NCBI RefSeq assembly: GCF_006345805.1 | Contig: NC_043001.1 | Coordinates: forward strand, 105,772,001 to 105,836,000 | Source: Octopus sinensis | Lineage: Eukaryota | DNA length: 64,000 bases | Reading direction: 5' to 3' | In this document: positions 13,430-25,055 of the stretch, piece after piece | How the letters are laid out: every line of letters begins with the position of its first letter | How positions within the stretch are numbered: the first letter of the stretch is position 1 | The notes under the pieces: generated by a model | The model's input: the letters and a program-made list of their open reading frames with translations, nothing else | What the model was told of the DNA's origin: nothing | Database searches by the model: none | Program-made: the position numbers and the translations under genes

Positions 13430-15288
13430 CTCTATATACGATACACCTAGATTTCATAGCTCTGAATGGTAGAAATAAATATTTTAAATACATTCTCCAT
13501 TTGAAATCCACTTCTGCTTAATATTTGCGAATTCCTTCGAAACAGAGAGAGAAAATTTACAGTGCCGGCCCAAAGGTTGAACAGGTTTGACATAATCTCT
13601 GATTTGGTAAACTTATATTGCATTGTATGCATATTTTGGAAAGCAGGTTTTATATATTCTACGTAAGAAATCGTTGTTCACAAATGGTAATTATGTTTTT
13701 AGAATCTACTAGCAAGTAATTTCCTTTCCTTATCGTTCGTTTTCATCATCTTCGTCATCTTCCACGCAATCTCTTCTTCTTCTTATTCTCATCGTTTTCC
13801 TCCTCCTCCTCGTTCTTCTTTTTCTGTTCGTCTTGTAAATAATAATTGTTATTTTTGTTATTTTTTTTAATATTCATTTTAGTTACTCACTTCCTATTTA
13901 AGCAAAAAGAAAAAAAAAAGAAGTTAATTTCCGGTGCATTTGTTTCAAGATTCCCAAATGATTCCCACAAGAAGAACTATTTGCAGCATCTAAATATTAC
14001 ATTTTAATATTTCATCTTATGATTTGATAGCGTGTATTTGCATTTCATGGCATGAACTTACATTATAGACTCACATACATATACATATGTATATGTATGT
14101 GTGTGTGCGTGTGTATGTGTCTGTGTGTATTCGTACGTGCACGCGTACGTGTGTATGTATAGGTATTTACTGAAGTGTTTAGCAAATGAAACTACCTTTA
14201 ATTCTCTATGTTTTTTTTTAGCCCACACAGTCTCGTTCTCTGCGTTACTCTCATTTGCTTGAGATAAATTTACTTAATGTTTACAACCGACTCCCGGTCG
14301 TGGCATCGATGTGCTTTTCTCCACATGTATTTAGCTTGTGCGGGTTTAGGTATCTGTGCGTAGCGGGACGTATGCATATGCGTACCCCTGTCGGTATTTT
14401 TACACGAGAGTACGTATGTATATATACGTGTGGATGTGTATATGTATGCATGCGTGTACGTATGTACATGTTGACCATTAGTAACAAAGACAATTTACGA
14501 GGAAGTAGATAAACTGTTTAGCCACAAATCAGACAACTGAGATCGAGCATCCACATGGTCTCCAGACATTTAAGTTAATTTATGACACCCGCCATTACAC
14601 CCTTAGGCTTCAACAACCGGAATATATCATCCTTCCGTACCTTACGTTATCTCCTGACCACCCTTTTAGTTCTTCACCCCTTTACTGCCGGTTCTACGGA
14701 GAGTTTTAGGATGGATAGGGGAGAACGGCATAGAGATTTTCTGATGAACTAATTTAAGAGCTAGATTTCATAGGAATCATTAAAGGTACATAGACACTGA
14801 GTGAACGTATGCTACAGAAAGAAACAGACTCGAAGAGAGATTCATTCTCAGATACACACAGATATGCTTAATTTCCGCATCCTGATCTATTTCGTTCTGG
14901 TCTTTCAAAGCTCTGTCTGAATATTAATATTCTTATATTAATTTCGACATTTTCTATTGAAAATGCAATGCTTCCTTTTATATTTTTACTATATTTATAC
15001 CGTGCTGAAATGTATTATTTCTATGTGAATAGTATACTAGGATACAGGCCTCCGGATATGTGTATACTTAAATGTGTGTGTGTGGGGGGCATGCTAGGTG
15101 TGTCTTTCCTCTTTGAATGAAAGCGAATTCTTACTTCTTTGCTTCCGGTATTATTGGTAGACAAACATCCGTTCTCGTAGTTATTCATCTGGCGGCCGAA
15201 AACGACGAGCCTTTCTGCTTATTTCCATGCACGGATATGTGTATGTACATACGCATATATTTCGAATGTTTATATACGTATATGTATG

Positions 15289-15342
<54 letters not shown>

Positions 15343-15566
15343 TATATATAATTATGTGAAATAGAAAGATGAATAATCTTGTAGTAGATTAATCAAAAGT
15401 TTTAACCGATACCCTTAGTAGCAAAAATCACAGCAGTGAACAGCACGGTTGGAGGTACAACCATCTGGCGTTGCAACCGTGCGTTGGTGCGGATAATTGA
15501 AATTAAAACATTATTGGTGAATTGAAGAAATGGAGCTGAACGCAGATTGAACAGAAATCGTTTTAT

Positions 15567-15651
15567 TTCATTCTACACGTGTTTCGAAAGGCACAAATTA
15601 CCAAATCCGATTGAATAATGGGACCATATTGTGTCTTTCTCTCAGGAAGAA
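15567..15651 (-). ncRNA. Hammerhead ribozyme in the inverted PLE arm (1-nt core deletion as assembled)
   Basis: Reverse-complement copy of 18565-18649. The core reads CTGAGA instead of CTGAAGA. Confidence 0.65.
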
Positions 15652-16387
15652 AAAAGGAAATCCGTTGGAAAAACAAAAACAGAACAGAGGCAGAGCAAAA
15701 ACAAATCGAACTGTGCTCCTAAGAGCCCATGGCGAAACTGTTTATCAGTGTATGTTGAGAACCGGTGGCTGAAGAATTCAACAGGTCAGGCATCGGTCAA
15801 ACATGTGGGTGAGGGTGTATAGATTTCTTTGTGACCGAGAATAAAGTTCTGACTATTTAAAGAATATTGGATGTTTTATAAGGGGCGAGAAAAAATCTAC
15901 TTAGAGACGTGTGTGTGTGTATACTGTTCTATATATGTGTGTGTTGGCGTAGGGGTAGAAAACATTTTTTGTGTACGTGTGTGCGTTTGATCGTTCGGCT
16001 GTCAGTGGCTACTGCCGTGATAACCGTTGGGTGGCAGAAAGAAAAAAAATATAAGAATTATATATATATATTTTATGTTTTAGTGTGTGTGTGTGTGTTC
16101 ATCTAAGCCTACCTTGACAAGGAAACCCCCCGCTGTGAAAAAACAAGCCCCGTTTGTCTTACAGGAGTAATTTCCCTTGCAGTGTTTATTGTAGATATCT
16201 TAAAATCTATTTCAGAATTTGTTACCAAGGGCTATGGGTGCCGGTCTTATTTATAAACGCTATTAAAGGCCAGATAAGTGTAACGCCGCCAATGGGGGCA
16301 TCGAAAAGCCGACTGTAAGAGCCCGTTTACCATCCGGCCTCTGGCAAACAAAATATGGAAGAGTTCGGAGACACAAAGGTTGCACTG

Positions 16388-17955
16388 CAGAAAACTAAGA
16401 GCAGGTTAGCTAGGATTTTAATAGAATGGGCATGAGGATAGTTTTTGATAACGAACTCACCAAGGCTAATTTCCTAGACGTTACACTTAACCTTAATAGC
16501 GACTCATACTGCCCTTACCATAAGCCTTCCACTAATTTGAAGTATGTCAGTGTCTTCTCAAATCAAATCATGCCAAAACCGTAACAGACAATTTGTTAAA
16601 AACATCTCTCTAAGATTGTCTGGCCTGTCCGCCAGTGCCGATATTTTATGTGCAGAAAGCGGATTTTTATAACGCCGCACTATCCAAGGCCGGTTATAGG
16701 CAGAAGGTAATTTATATTGATCCGCCCTTCCGATGCCATCATTCGGTCATCAGGATAGGGCCGTATATAATAACATTAACATTTTAAGTAGGACGGGAGC
16801 GCGGCGGATACCGGGGTAGTCGCTCCCGCATTAATTTAGCGAACAAGGATATTAATCGGTCCGGGTCTTACACTAACCAAGACCCATTATTCATCCGAGA
16901 ATCACCCACCCAAATGCGAGAGCTGGCGTCCCGACCCATCACACTGATAGGAATAAGCATATATGGTTTGTAATCCCCTTTGGTAACAGATTAGAACTAA
17001 CCTCCCCCTCATGTTTAGACAAGCCATCGCCAATAACTTCCCCAGAAATTCCAAATATTACTCCACGGTTAACTCACATAAAGTTAGGAAAGCTTTCTCT
17101 CCACACTAAAAACCTCGCCCAGATAATCGCCTCCCATAATAATAGGCTACTTACTAAGACCCTATCACCTTTTTCCGGAGCACAGCCTCTTCCGCTCCCG
17201 TTTAATGCTCAGTAGGAATAATATAGTAGTAATAATGATATGAGAGCCTACAGTGACACATAATCTCAGCTCCAGCCAGGGAGTACCCACTAGGGGTATA
17301 GTTATAAATAGGGGTTTTGGTTGATGGTAACAATGGGAGTAGGGTAGAGAGCCCCTTTAGCATCCCCAGCATCATTTCCCGCAATAGCAGTACCACGGGC
17401 AGTAGCAAGACAGCACTCTGATAGATAGTGGAGAATCAGGGGTTATTCCTATAGTTAATAGTGACGTAGTGGAAAATAGAGTAGTAAGCGGCTGCAGGTC
17501 TCGGAACGAATATAGTGACAGGAACGCAGTTCTAATTTCAGAAACCAATCCTAGCAGAGTAAGATTCCACGTCGGCGAACTCCAAGATCAAAACGCCGTC
17601 TACCAATGCAAGGTTTACACGGACTCAGATGCCTTCACTTATATAGGGGCATCATCCTCAAGATTGTCTTTGCGTGTCTCCAACCATTACGCAACTTTTC
17701 GGGACGTGAACAAGCGCCAGACCACGGGACTCAGTAAGCTAATATGGCGACTGAAGGATGCGAACTTAAGCTATAGCTGGAATGGTCAATTTTGTCGGTG
17801 GCCCTCCCATTTGATAGGGGCAGAAGAACAGTGCAACCTTTGTGTCTCCGAACTCTTCCATATTTTGTTTGCCAGAGGCCGGATGGTAAACGGGCTCTTA
17901 CAGTCGGCTTTTCGATGCCCCCATTGGCGGCGTTACACTTATCTGGCCTTTATAA
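16388..17955 (+). pseudogene. 5'-truncated second copy of the PLE ORF (RT thumb, linker, GIY-YIG)
   Basis: Starts just after the YRDD motif (QKTKSRLAR, NFLDVTLNL). ORF 17469-18101 contains AVYQCKV/TYIG/CNLCVSE/CPH. Confidence 0.9.
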
Positions 17956-18564
17956 GCGTTTATAAAAGACCGGCACCCAAGCCCTTGGTAACAAATTCTG
18001 AAATAGATTTTAAGATATCTACAATTAACCACTGCAAGGGAAATTACTCCTGTAAGACAACGGGGCTTGTTTTTTCACAGCGGGGTTTCCTTGTCAGGTA
18101 GGCTAGATGAAACACACACACACACACATAAAACATAAAATATATATATATAATTTCTTTATATTTTTTTTCTTTCTGCCACCCAACGGTTATCACGGCA
18201 GTAGCCACTGACAGCCGAACGATCAAACGCACACACGTCACAAAAAATGTTTTCTTACCCCTACGCCACACACACATAATAAGAACAGTATACACACACA
18301 CACGTCTCTAAGTAGATTTTTTCCTCGCCCCTTATAAAACATCCAATATTCTTTAAATAGTCAGAACTTTATTCTCGGTCACAAGAAACATCTATACACC
18401 CTCACCCACATGTTTGACCGATGCCTGACCTGTTGAATTCTTCAGCCAACCGGTTCTCAACATACACTGATAAACAGTTTCGCCATGGGCTCTTAGGAGC
18501 ACAGTTCGATTGTTTTTTTGCTCTGCCTCTGTCTGTTTTTTGTTTTTCCAACGGATTTCCTTTT

Positions 18565-18649
18565 TTCTTCCTGAAGAGAAAGACACATATGGTCCCATTA
18601 TTCAATCGGATTTTGGTAATTTGTGCCTTCGAAACACGTGTAGAATGAA
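18565..18649 (+). ncRNA. Type I hammerhead ribozyme in the PLE terminal repeat
   Basis: TTCTTC-CTGAAGA-GAAAGACACA...TGTGCCTTC-GAAA-CACGTG-TA-GAATGAA. Canonical CUGANGA/GAAA core, long stem II, palindromic loopless stem III (ACACGTGT), GUA triplet with predicted cleavage after 18642. Confidence 0.85.
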
Positions 18650-18905
18650 ATAAAACGATTTCTGTTCAATCTGCGTTCAGCTCCATTTCTTCAATTCACC
18701 ATAATGTTTTAATTTCATTATCCGCACCAACGCACGGTTGCAACGCCAGATGGTTGTACCTCCAACCGTGCTGTTCACTGCTGTGATTTTTGCTACTAAG
18801 GTATCGGTTAAACTTTTGATTAATCTACTACAAGATTATTCATCTTTCTATTTCACATAATACATACCGCTTCGTCAAGAACTGCTACTTTAACCGACGC
18901 CAATA

Positions 18906-21585
18906 ATGGAGTTGTTCGAGATTGATGCGTCCCTTAAGGATATTCCTATACCACCAAAGGATGTCTTCCTTAAGGAGTTGGTTTGTAAACCAACGCATTC
19001 ATAAACCGGATAAGATGGCTCATTTTCTTCCACGAGAACGAAGATCTAAAATCGAACTAACGGACAACTGCATCGTCCGAATACGACGGCCGGCTTTTTA
19101 AACATTGGATACGCCGCCACCGAACCCAGACTGAAGAAGTTTTGAGGACGACTTGTGGGACATAGTTTAGAAAGATTAAGTTCAGGAAGTCACCCAGGAG
19201 AAATGCCCACCTCAGATACCTAGATAAAATTACCAGGACATTAATAGAACGGACGGAGTCCTGGTCCAGTCCGACAAGACCAGGAACACATACAAGATGC
19301 CCATTAAGCAGTACCTAGATTTACTCGGTAAAGAGATCAAGAAAAATATAGAAAAACCAATTGGAGTACCCTGAGGAAGGTAAACTTGGAAATTAAGGAT
19401 ATAATATTTAAAACACCGAATTCAAATGAGAACTCAGCCGCTTAGCCCCAAGCAACCCAGATTTATAGTGAAGGACCATAACCTAACTTCCACACCAACC
19501 CAGCGCTAAGACTCATATGCCCTGCTAGATCTGATATCGGGATAATCAGTAAGTACATTTTAGATAAATATATCCCTAGTTTAGTAAACAAGCTGAAGCT
19601 CAGCCTCTGGCCAACTCCTCGCAGGTAGTGAAGTGGTTCTCTTCCATCCCCAATAAGAACCGTACTAGGTTCATTCAGTTTGATATCGCCAGCTTCTACC
19701 CCTCGATTAACCCTAGTGTGCTAAATAAGGCCCTCTGGCATCTCACACAACAAGGCAGGCCTCACCAGAGAAGAGATAGATATCATTTTAGTTGCCAGGA
19801 AATCGTTTATTAAGTTTGATAATAAGCTGTGGATCCGTAAGGATACTCCCAATGAATTGATGTGCCTATGGGTAGTTCGGATAGTGCGCAGATAGCCGAT
19901 TTGGTCGGAATATATATTCTCTACGAATTGTCCGATCAATTCCCGGAGATCGCGGGCGGCCTGTATCGTGACGATTGTCTGTTTTACCTGCAAAACACCA
20001 CGAACAAATAGTGCAGAAAACTAAGAGCAGGTTAGCTAGGTTTTTTTAATAGAATGGGCATGAGTATAGTTTTTGATAACGAACTCACCAAGGCTAATTT
20101 CCTAGACGTTACACTTAACCTTAATAGCGACTCATACTGCCCTTACCATAAGCCTTCCACTATTTGAAGTATGTCAGTGTCTTCTCAAATCATGCCAAAA
20201 CCGTAACAGACAATTTGGTTAAAACAATCTCTCTAAGATTGTCTGGCCTGTCCGCCAGTGCCGATATTTTTATGCAGAAAGCGGATTTTTATAACGCCGC
20301 ACTATCCAAGGCCGGTTATAGGCAGAAGGTAATTTATATTGATCCGGCCCTTCCGATGCCATCATTCGGTCATCAGGATAGGGCCGTATATAATAACATT
20401 AACATTTTAAGTAAGGACGGGAGCGCGGCGGATACCGGGGTAGTCGCTCCCGCATTTAATTTAGCGAACAAGGATAATTATCGGTCCGGGTGTCTTACAC
20501 TAACCCAAGACCCGTTATTCATCCGAGAATCACCCACCCAAATGCGAGAGCTGGCGTCCCGACCCATCACACTGATAGGAATAAGCATATATGGTTTGTA
20601 ATCCCCTTTGGTAAGCAGATTAGAACTAACCTCCCCCTCATGTTTAGACAAGCCATCGCCATAACTTCCCCAGAAATTCCAAATATTACTCCACGGTTAA
20701 CTCACATAAAGTTAGGAAAGCTTTCTCCAACACTAAAAACCTCGCCCAGATAATCCGCCTCCCAATAATATAGGCTACTTACTAAGACCCTATCACCTTT
20801 TTCCGGAGGCACAGCCTCTTCCGCTCCCGTTTAATGCTCAGTAGGAATAATTATAGTAGTAATAATAATGAGAGCCAGTACAGTGACACATAATCTCAGC
20901 TCCAGCCAGGGAGTACCCACTAGGGGTATAGTTATAAATAGGGGTGTTGTGGTTGATGGTAACAATGGGAGTAGGGTAGAGAGCCCCTTTAGCATCCCCC
21001 ATCATCATTTCCCGCAATAGCAGTACCACGGGCAGTAGCAACAGCACTCTGATAGATAGTGGAGAATCAGGGGTTATTCCTATAGTTAATAGTGACGTAG
21101 TGGAAAATAGAGTAGTAAGCGGCTGCAGGTCTCGGAACGAATATAGTGACAGGAACGCAGTTCTAATTTCAGAAACCAATCCTAGCAGAGTAAGATTCAC
21201 GTCGGCGAACTCCAAGATCAGAACGCCGTCTACCAATGCAAGGTTTACACGGACTCAGATGCCTTCACTTATATAGGGGCATCATCCTCAAGATTGTCTT
21301 TGCGTGTCTCCAACCATTACGCAACTTTTCGGGACGTGAACAAGCGCCAGACCACGGACTCAGTAAGCTAATATGGCGACTGAAGGATGCGAACTTAAGC
21401 TATAGGCTGGAATGGTCAATTTTGTCGGTGGCCCTCCCATTTGATAGGGGCAGAAGACAGTGCAACCTTTGTGTCTCCGAACTCTTCCATTTTTGTTTGC
21501 CAGAGGCCGGATGGTAAACGGGCTCTTACAGTCGGCTTTTCGATGCCCCCATTGGCGGCGTTACACTTATCTGGCCTTTAAATAG
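18906..21585 (+). pseudogene. PLE polyprotein (reverse transcriptase + GIY-YIG endonuclease), ~890 codons, interrupted by many 1-bp frameshifts as assembled
   Basis: Manual translation across frameshifts: MELFEIDASLKDIPIPPK..FINRIRW, QSDKTRNTY, VKDHKPNF..RLICPARSDIG, FIQFDIASFYPSI, PMGSSDSAQIADLVGIY, GLYRDDCL, NFLDVTLNL, YHKP..YVSVFSNH, HIWFVIPF..RTN, AVYQCKV..TYIG..RVSNH..LSKLIWRLK..EWSIL..CNLCVSE..FRCPH..AFK-stop. Confidence 0.92.
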
Positions 21586-22187
21586 CGTTTATAAATAAGA
21601 GACGGCACCCATAGCCCTTGGTACAAATTCTGAATAGATTTTAAGATATCTACAATTAACCACTGCAAGGGAAATTACTCCTGTAAGACAAACGGGGCTT
21701 GTTTTTTCACAGCGGGGGTTTCCTTGTCAAGGTAGGCTTAATGAACACACACACACACATAAACATAATATATATATATAATTTCTTTATATTTTTTTTC
21801 TTTCTGCCACCCAACGGTTATCACGGCAGTAGCCACTGACAGCCGAACGATCAAACGCACACACGTACACAAAAAATGTTTTCTACCCCTACGCCAACAC
21901 ACACATATATAGAACAGTATACACACACACACGTCTCTAATAGATTTTTTCTCGCCCCTTATAAAACATCCAATATTCTTTAAATAGTCAGAACTTTATT
22001 CTCGTCACAAAGAACATCTATACACCCTCACCCACATGTTTGACCGATGCCTGACCCGTTTGAATTCTTCAGCCACCGTTTCAACATACACTGATAAACA
22101 GTTTCGCCATGGGCTCTTAGGAGCACAGTTCGATTTGTTTTTTGTCTGCCTCTGTTCTGTTTTTGTTTTTCCAACGGATTTCCTTTT

Positions 22188-22274
22188 TTCTTCCTGAAGA
22201 GAAAGACACAATATGGTCCCATTATTCAATCGGATTTTGGTAATTTGTGCCTTTCGAAACACGTGTAGAATGAA
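22188..22274 (+). ncRNA. Type I hammerhead ribozyme, 3' repeat of the full-length PLE copy
   Basis: Same fold: CTGAAGA at 22194-22200, stem II GAAAGACACAA/TTGTGCCTTTC, GAAA at 22256-22259, predicted cleavage after 22267. Confidence 0.88.
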
Positions 22275-22337
22275 ATAAAACGATTTCTGTTCAATCTGCG
22301 TTCAGCTCCATTTCTTCAATTCACCAATAATGTTTTA

Positions 22338-22369
<32 letters not shown>

Positions 22370-22444
22370 ATATATAATATATATATATATATATTATAAT
22401 ATATATATATATAATACATAACCAACACACATATGTGCATATAT

Positions 22445-22489
<45 letters not shown>

Positions 22490-23401
22490 CATAACAAACA
22501 CACCATATGTGCATATATATATATTATATATATATATATTATAATATTATATATATATATAGTATTATATATAGTAATGATATATATATACACACATATA
22601 TAAAAATACAACTCACAATTCTAAATGATTAATATGGTTAACGTGAGTGTGCTTGCAGGTTCTGTAAGTAGGTTGGTATAAAAGTACAGGAATTGATGAG
22701 ATTAAAATGGGTGCGTATATTGGGATAGTTACATGTATGTATATACATGTATATGTACATTACCGCCAGATAAATGTAAATGTATACATCCGTGTGTCTA
22801 CAAGAAACTGTGTTGGTTTTATAACTTCTCTCAATAGCTTGAAAACTAACGATAATAAAGTGCATCGTAGTGATTCCAAATATCTAAAATGAAATCTGTA
22901 AAGTGACAAATTTTAGTACGTTATTAAGACGAGGAAGTGCGGAGATGTCGTTGTTTTCTTTTGATGTGAAACCGTGGCAAGCACAAGAAGCATTTAATTG
23001 ATGAAATTTATCTTTTTATGGCATTATTATCCTTAAATCTTTATTCTCGTGTTTCCTAAGATTCCAGTCGACGATGATGGGTTAGCGGTTTAAAACTGAA
23101 TGAGTATGGTATTTCTTCGTTCTTTGTTTTGTTTCCCTTTCAAATGCCCCCGTGCTAATTGAGATAAATGCACGAGTCACACTGTCTGTCAGCCGAAGCA
23201 ATCCATTATGCGGAAGGTACGTTCTGTTTTGAACAACCGTCGACACGAGGTGGAATCGCTACACAAAAAGTCTCTTTAGAACTGTTTGTGTAAACGATTA
23301 TAATCTATGCATGTAGGCATGCGTAAACGTATGCATGGAGGCATAGACTCACACACGCACACATACACACACACACACACACATATATATATGTATATGT
23401 A

Positions 23402-23520
<119 letters not shown>

Positions 23521-24014
23521 GTATATTATTATCCTTAAACCTTTATATAGGCGGAGCAGTGGCTGTGTGGTAAGTAGCTTGCTCACAAACCACATGGTTC
23601 CGGGTTTTGACTAATCAAAATATCTACAGATATTTCCATAGGAATATCTGACATGCGGTATTCCATTCATAAAAATGTGCTGACATTTGATACCATCCTG
23701 CCTTTTCAAGTCATAATTTGTCCGCGTTTTTGTTCTATCTGGAATAATTCTACAGTCTATTATGTTTGGTAACGCTCTCCACTTCGACTATAGTCGAAGA
23801 AGTCAGTTATAGTCAAACGCGTGTCGTATATCAGCGCCCTATTCAGAATTCTTGATTAGAGATATCAATGCCGTTCGTTTTTGTGTGCATCTCTCTCTTC
23901 TCTCTTTACACACACGTGCGCGCACACACACACACACATACACATACATGCATACATATATAATACATACATACATACATACATACGCAACATGTTAGAA
24001 GCTATACCTACTCA

Positions 24015-24345
24015 GAATGAAAAGGAGTACTAGTGGAATGTCCCAGTGAAAACCCCAATAAAATGTAAGCACAACAGACCTGATATAATGATTTGGGACG
24101 GAGAAAAGAAACTGCACAATTGTGGAAGTTACCTACCCAGTAGATGTTAACATAAAACTAAAGATCAGCGAAAATACCTACACTGAACTAAAGAGAAATC
24201 TAGAGCTACTCATTCCAGATGACAAGTTTAGGTTTAGTTTAAGCATCTGAAAACCAGAAAGGAGAAAGCTGATTCGAAGATTACAGATTCAAGCCATCAC
24301 TGAATCTGTAAAATATTGCAAAACATTGCAGACGTTTATCATCAT
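24015..24345 (+). mobile_element. 3' fragment of another RLE-type (R2/R4/NeSL-like) LINE
   Basis: WNVPVKTPIKCKHNRPDIMIWD..IVEVTYPVDVNI..; RKLIRRLQIQAITESVKYCKT. Confidence 0.7.
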
Positions 24346-24727
24346 ATATAGTTGAGAATGTCTAGACGTGAAATTATATGCATAAGTATACATACATAAA
24401 AGAAAACATAGAAATCGGTACACATAAATGCATATATACATATACATACATACATACATACATACATTCAAAATAAGGGTGGCTCATTAGCAATTTTTCA
24501 ACTGAAGGGTAAAAATATATACGTCACTAAAGCGACTGAGGGCGCTATTCAGCCCCTGTATAGCTAGGAAAACAGCTAGTATAGCCAGTCAAAAACAATT
24601 CATAGCCCCAATAACGCAACATCTTATTTAGTGACAAGGGCGGCAAGCTTCCTAAGCACCGCTCATATCCAGATCACTAGTGATTTCGCAATTATGTTAA
24701 CGCTCGTCAGTGGCCCTCATATATATA

Positions 24728-25055
24728 GAAGGGTAAAGACCCCTTTCGTTCATGAATGACCAAGATATTGCAACCTCGAAAGTTACCCTCCGAGGCATAG
24801 ATCCAGGCAGGTTGTGTATGGGCGACCAGCAGTCGTCCATGCGTGCCAGACTCTTCTCTCCATGCCACAGAAGTTATCCAAGAGAAAGGCTAAGACCGAT
24901 CATACATCTCGGCACCAGTGACATCGCAACTCGTTTCTACACTTGAGAGAACTGGAATTATGTTGCTCAAGAATACAACGCACAACCCGGTCCGGGAATC
25001 CTACTGACTCATTCATCATTAAGCCGACGCTCTAACCACTGAGCCATGCATCTTC
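24728..25055 (-). mobile_element. tRNA-derived SINE family C
   Basis: Minus-strand head GAAGATGCATGGCTCAGTGGTTAGAGCGTCGG; the body ends GGGGTCTTTACCC. Confidence 0.8.

Larger units (their letters stand above)
15351..22339 (+). mobile_element. Penelope-like retroelement (Naiad-like) composite insertion: inverted arm 15351-16387, 5'-truncated copy 16386-18861, full-length copy 18862-22339
   Basis: 15351-16387 is the reverse complement of ~17830-18861. 16388-18710 is repeated almost identically at ~20014-22339. The inversion junction TTGCACTG|CAGAAAACT has a TG microhomology (16386-16387). Both sides are flanked by (TA)n. Confidence 0.93.

Noticed and set aside
15718-15740. Antisense hammerhead-like motif CTAAGA-GCC-CAT-GGC-GAAAC in the PLE terminal repeat
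   Set aside because: The core lacks the essential G5 in all three copies, and I found no convincing stem I or stem III.
20838-21236. 132-aa minus-strand ORF, and similar ones at 17202, 19721, 53408 and 59929
   Set aside because: They are antisense shadows of PLE, mariner or CR1 coding sequence.
18906-22339. Selenoprotein-coding Naiad (in-frame UGA plus SECIS)
   Set aside because: I saw no UGA at conserved Cys positions in the reconstructed frame. The TGA near 19131 is a frameshift artefact of GAC-CTG-AAG. I recognised no SECIS. Frameshifts limit certainty.
23782-23799. 18-bp perfect palindrome CTTCGACTATAGTCGAAG
   Set aside because: It is short and isolated, with no supporting element ends.
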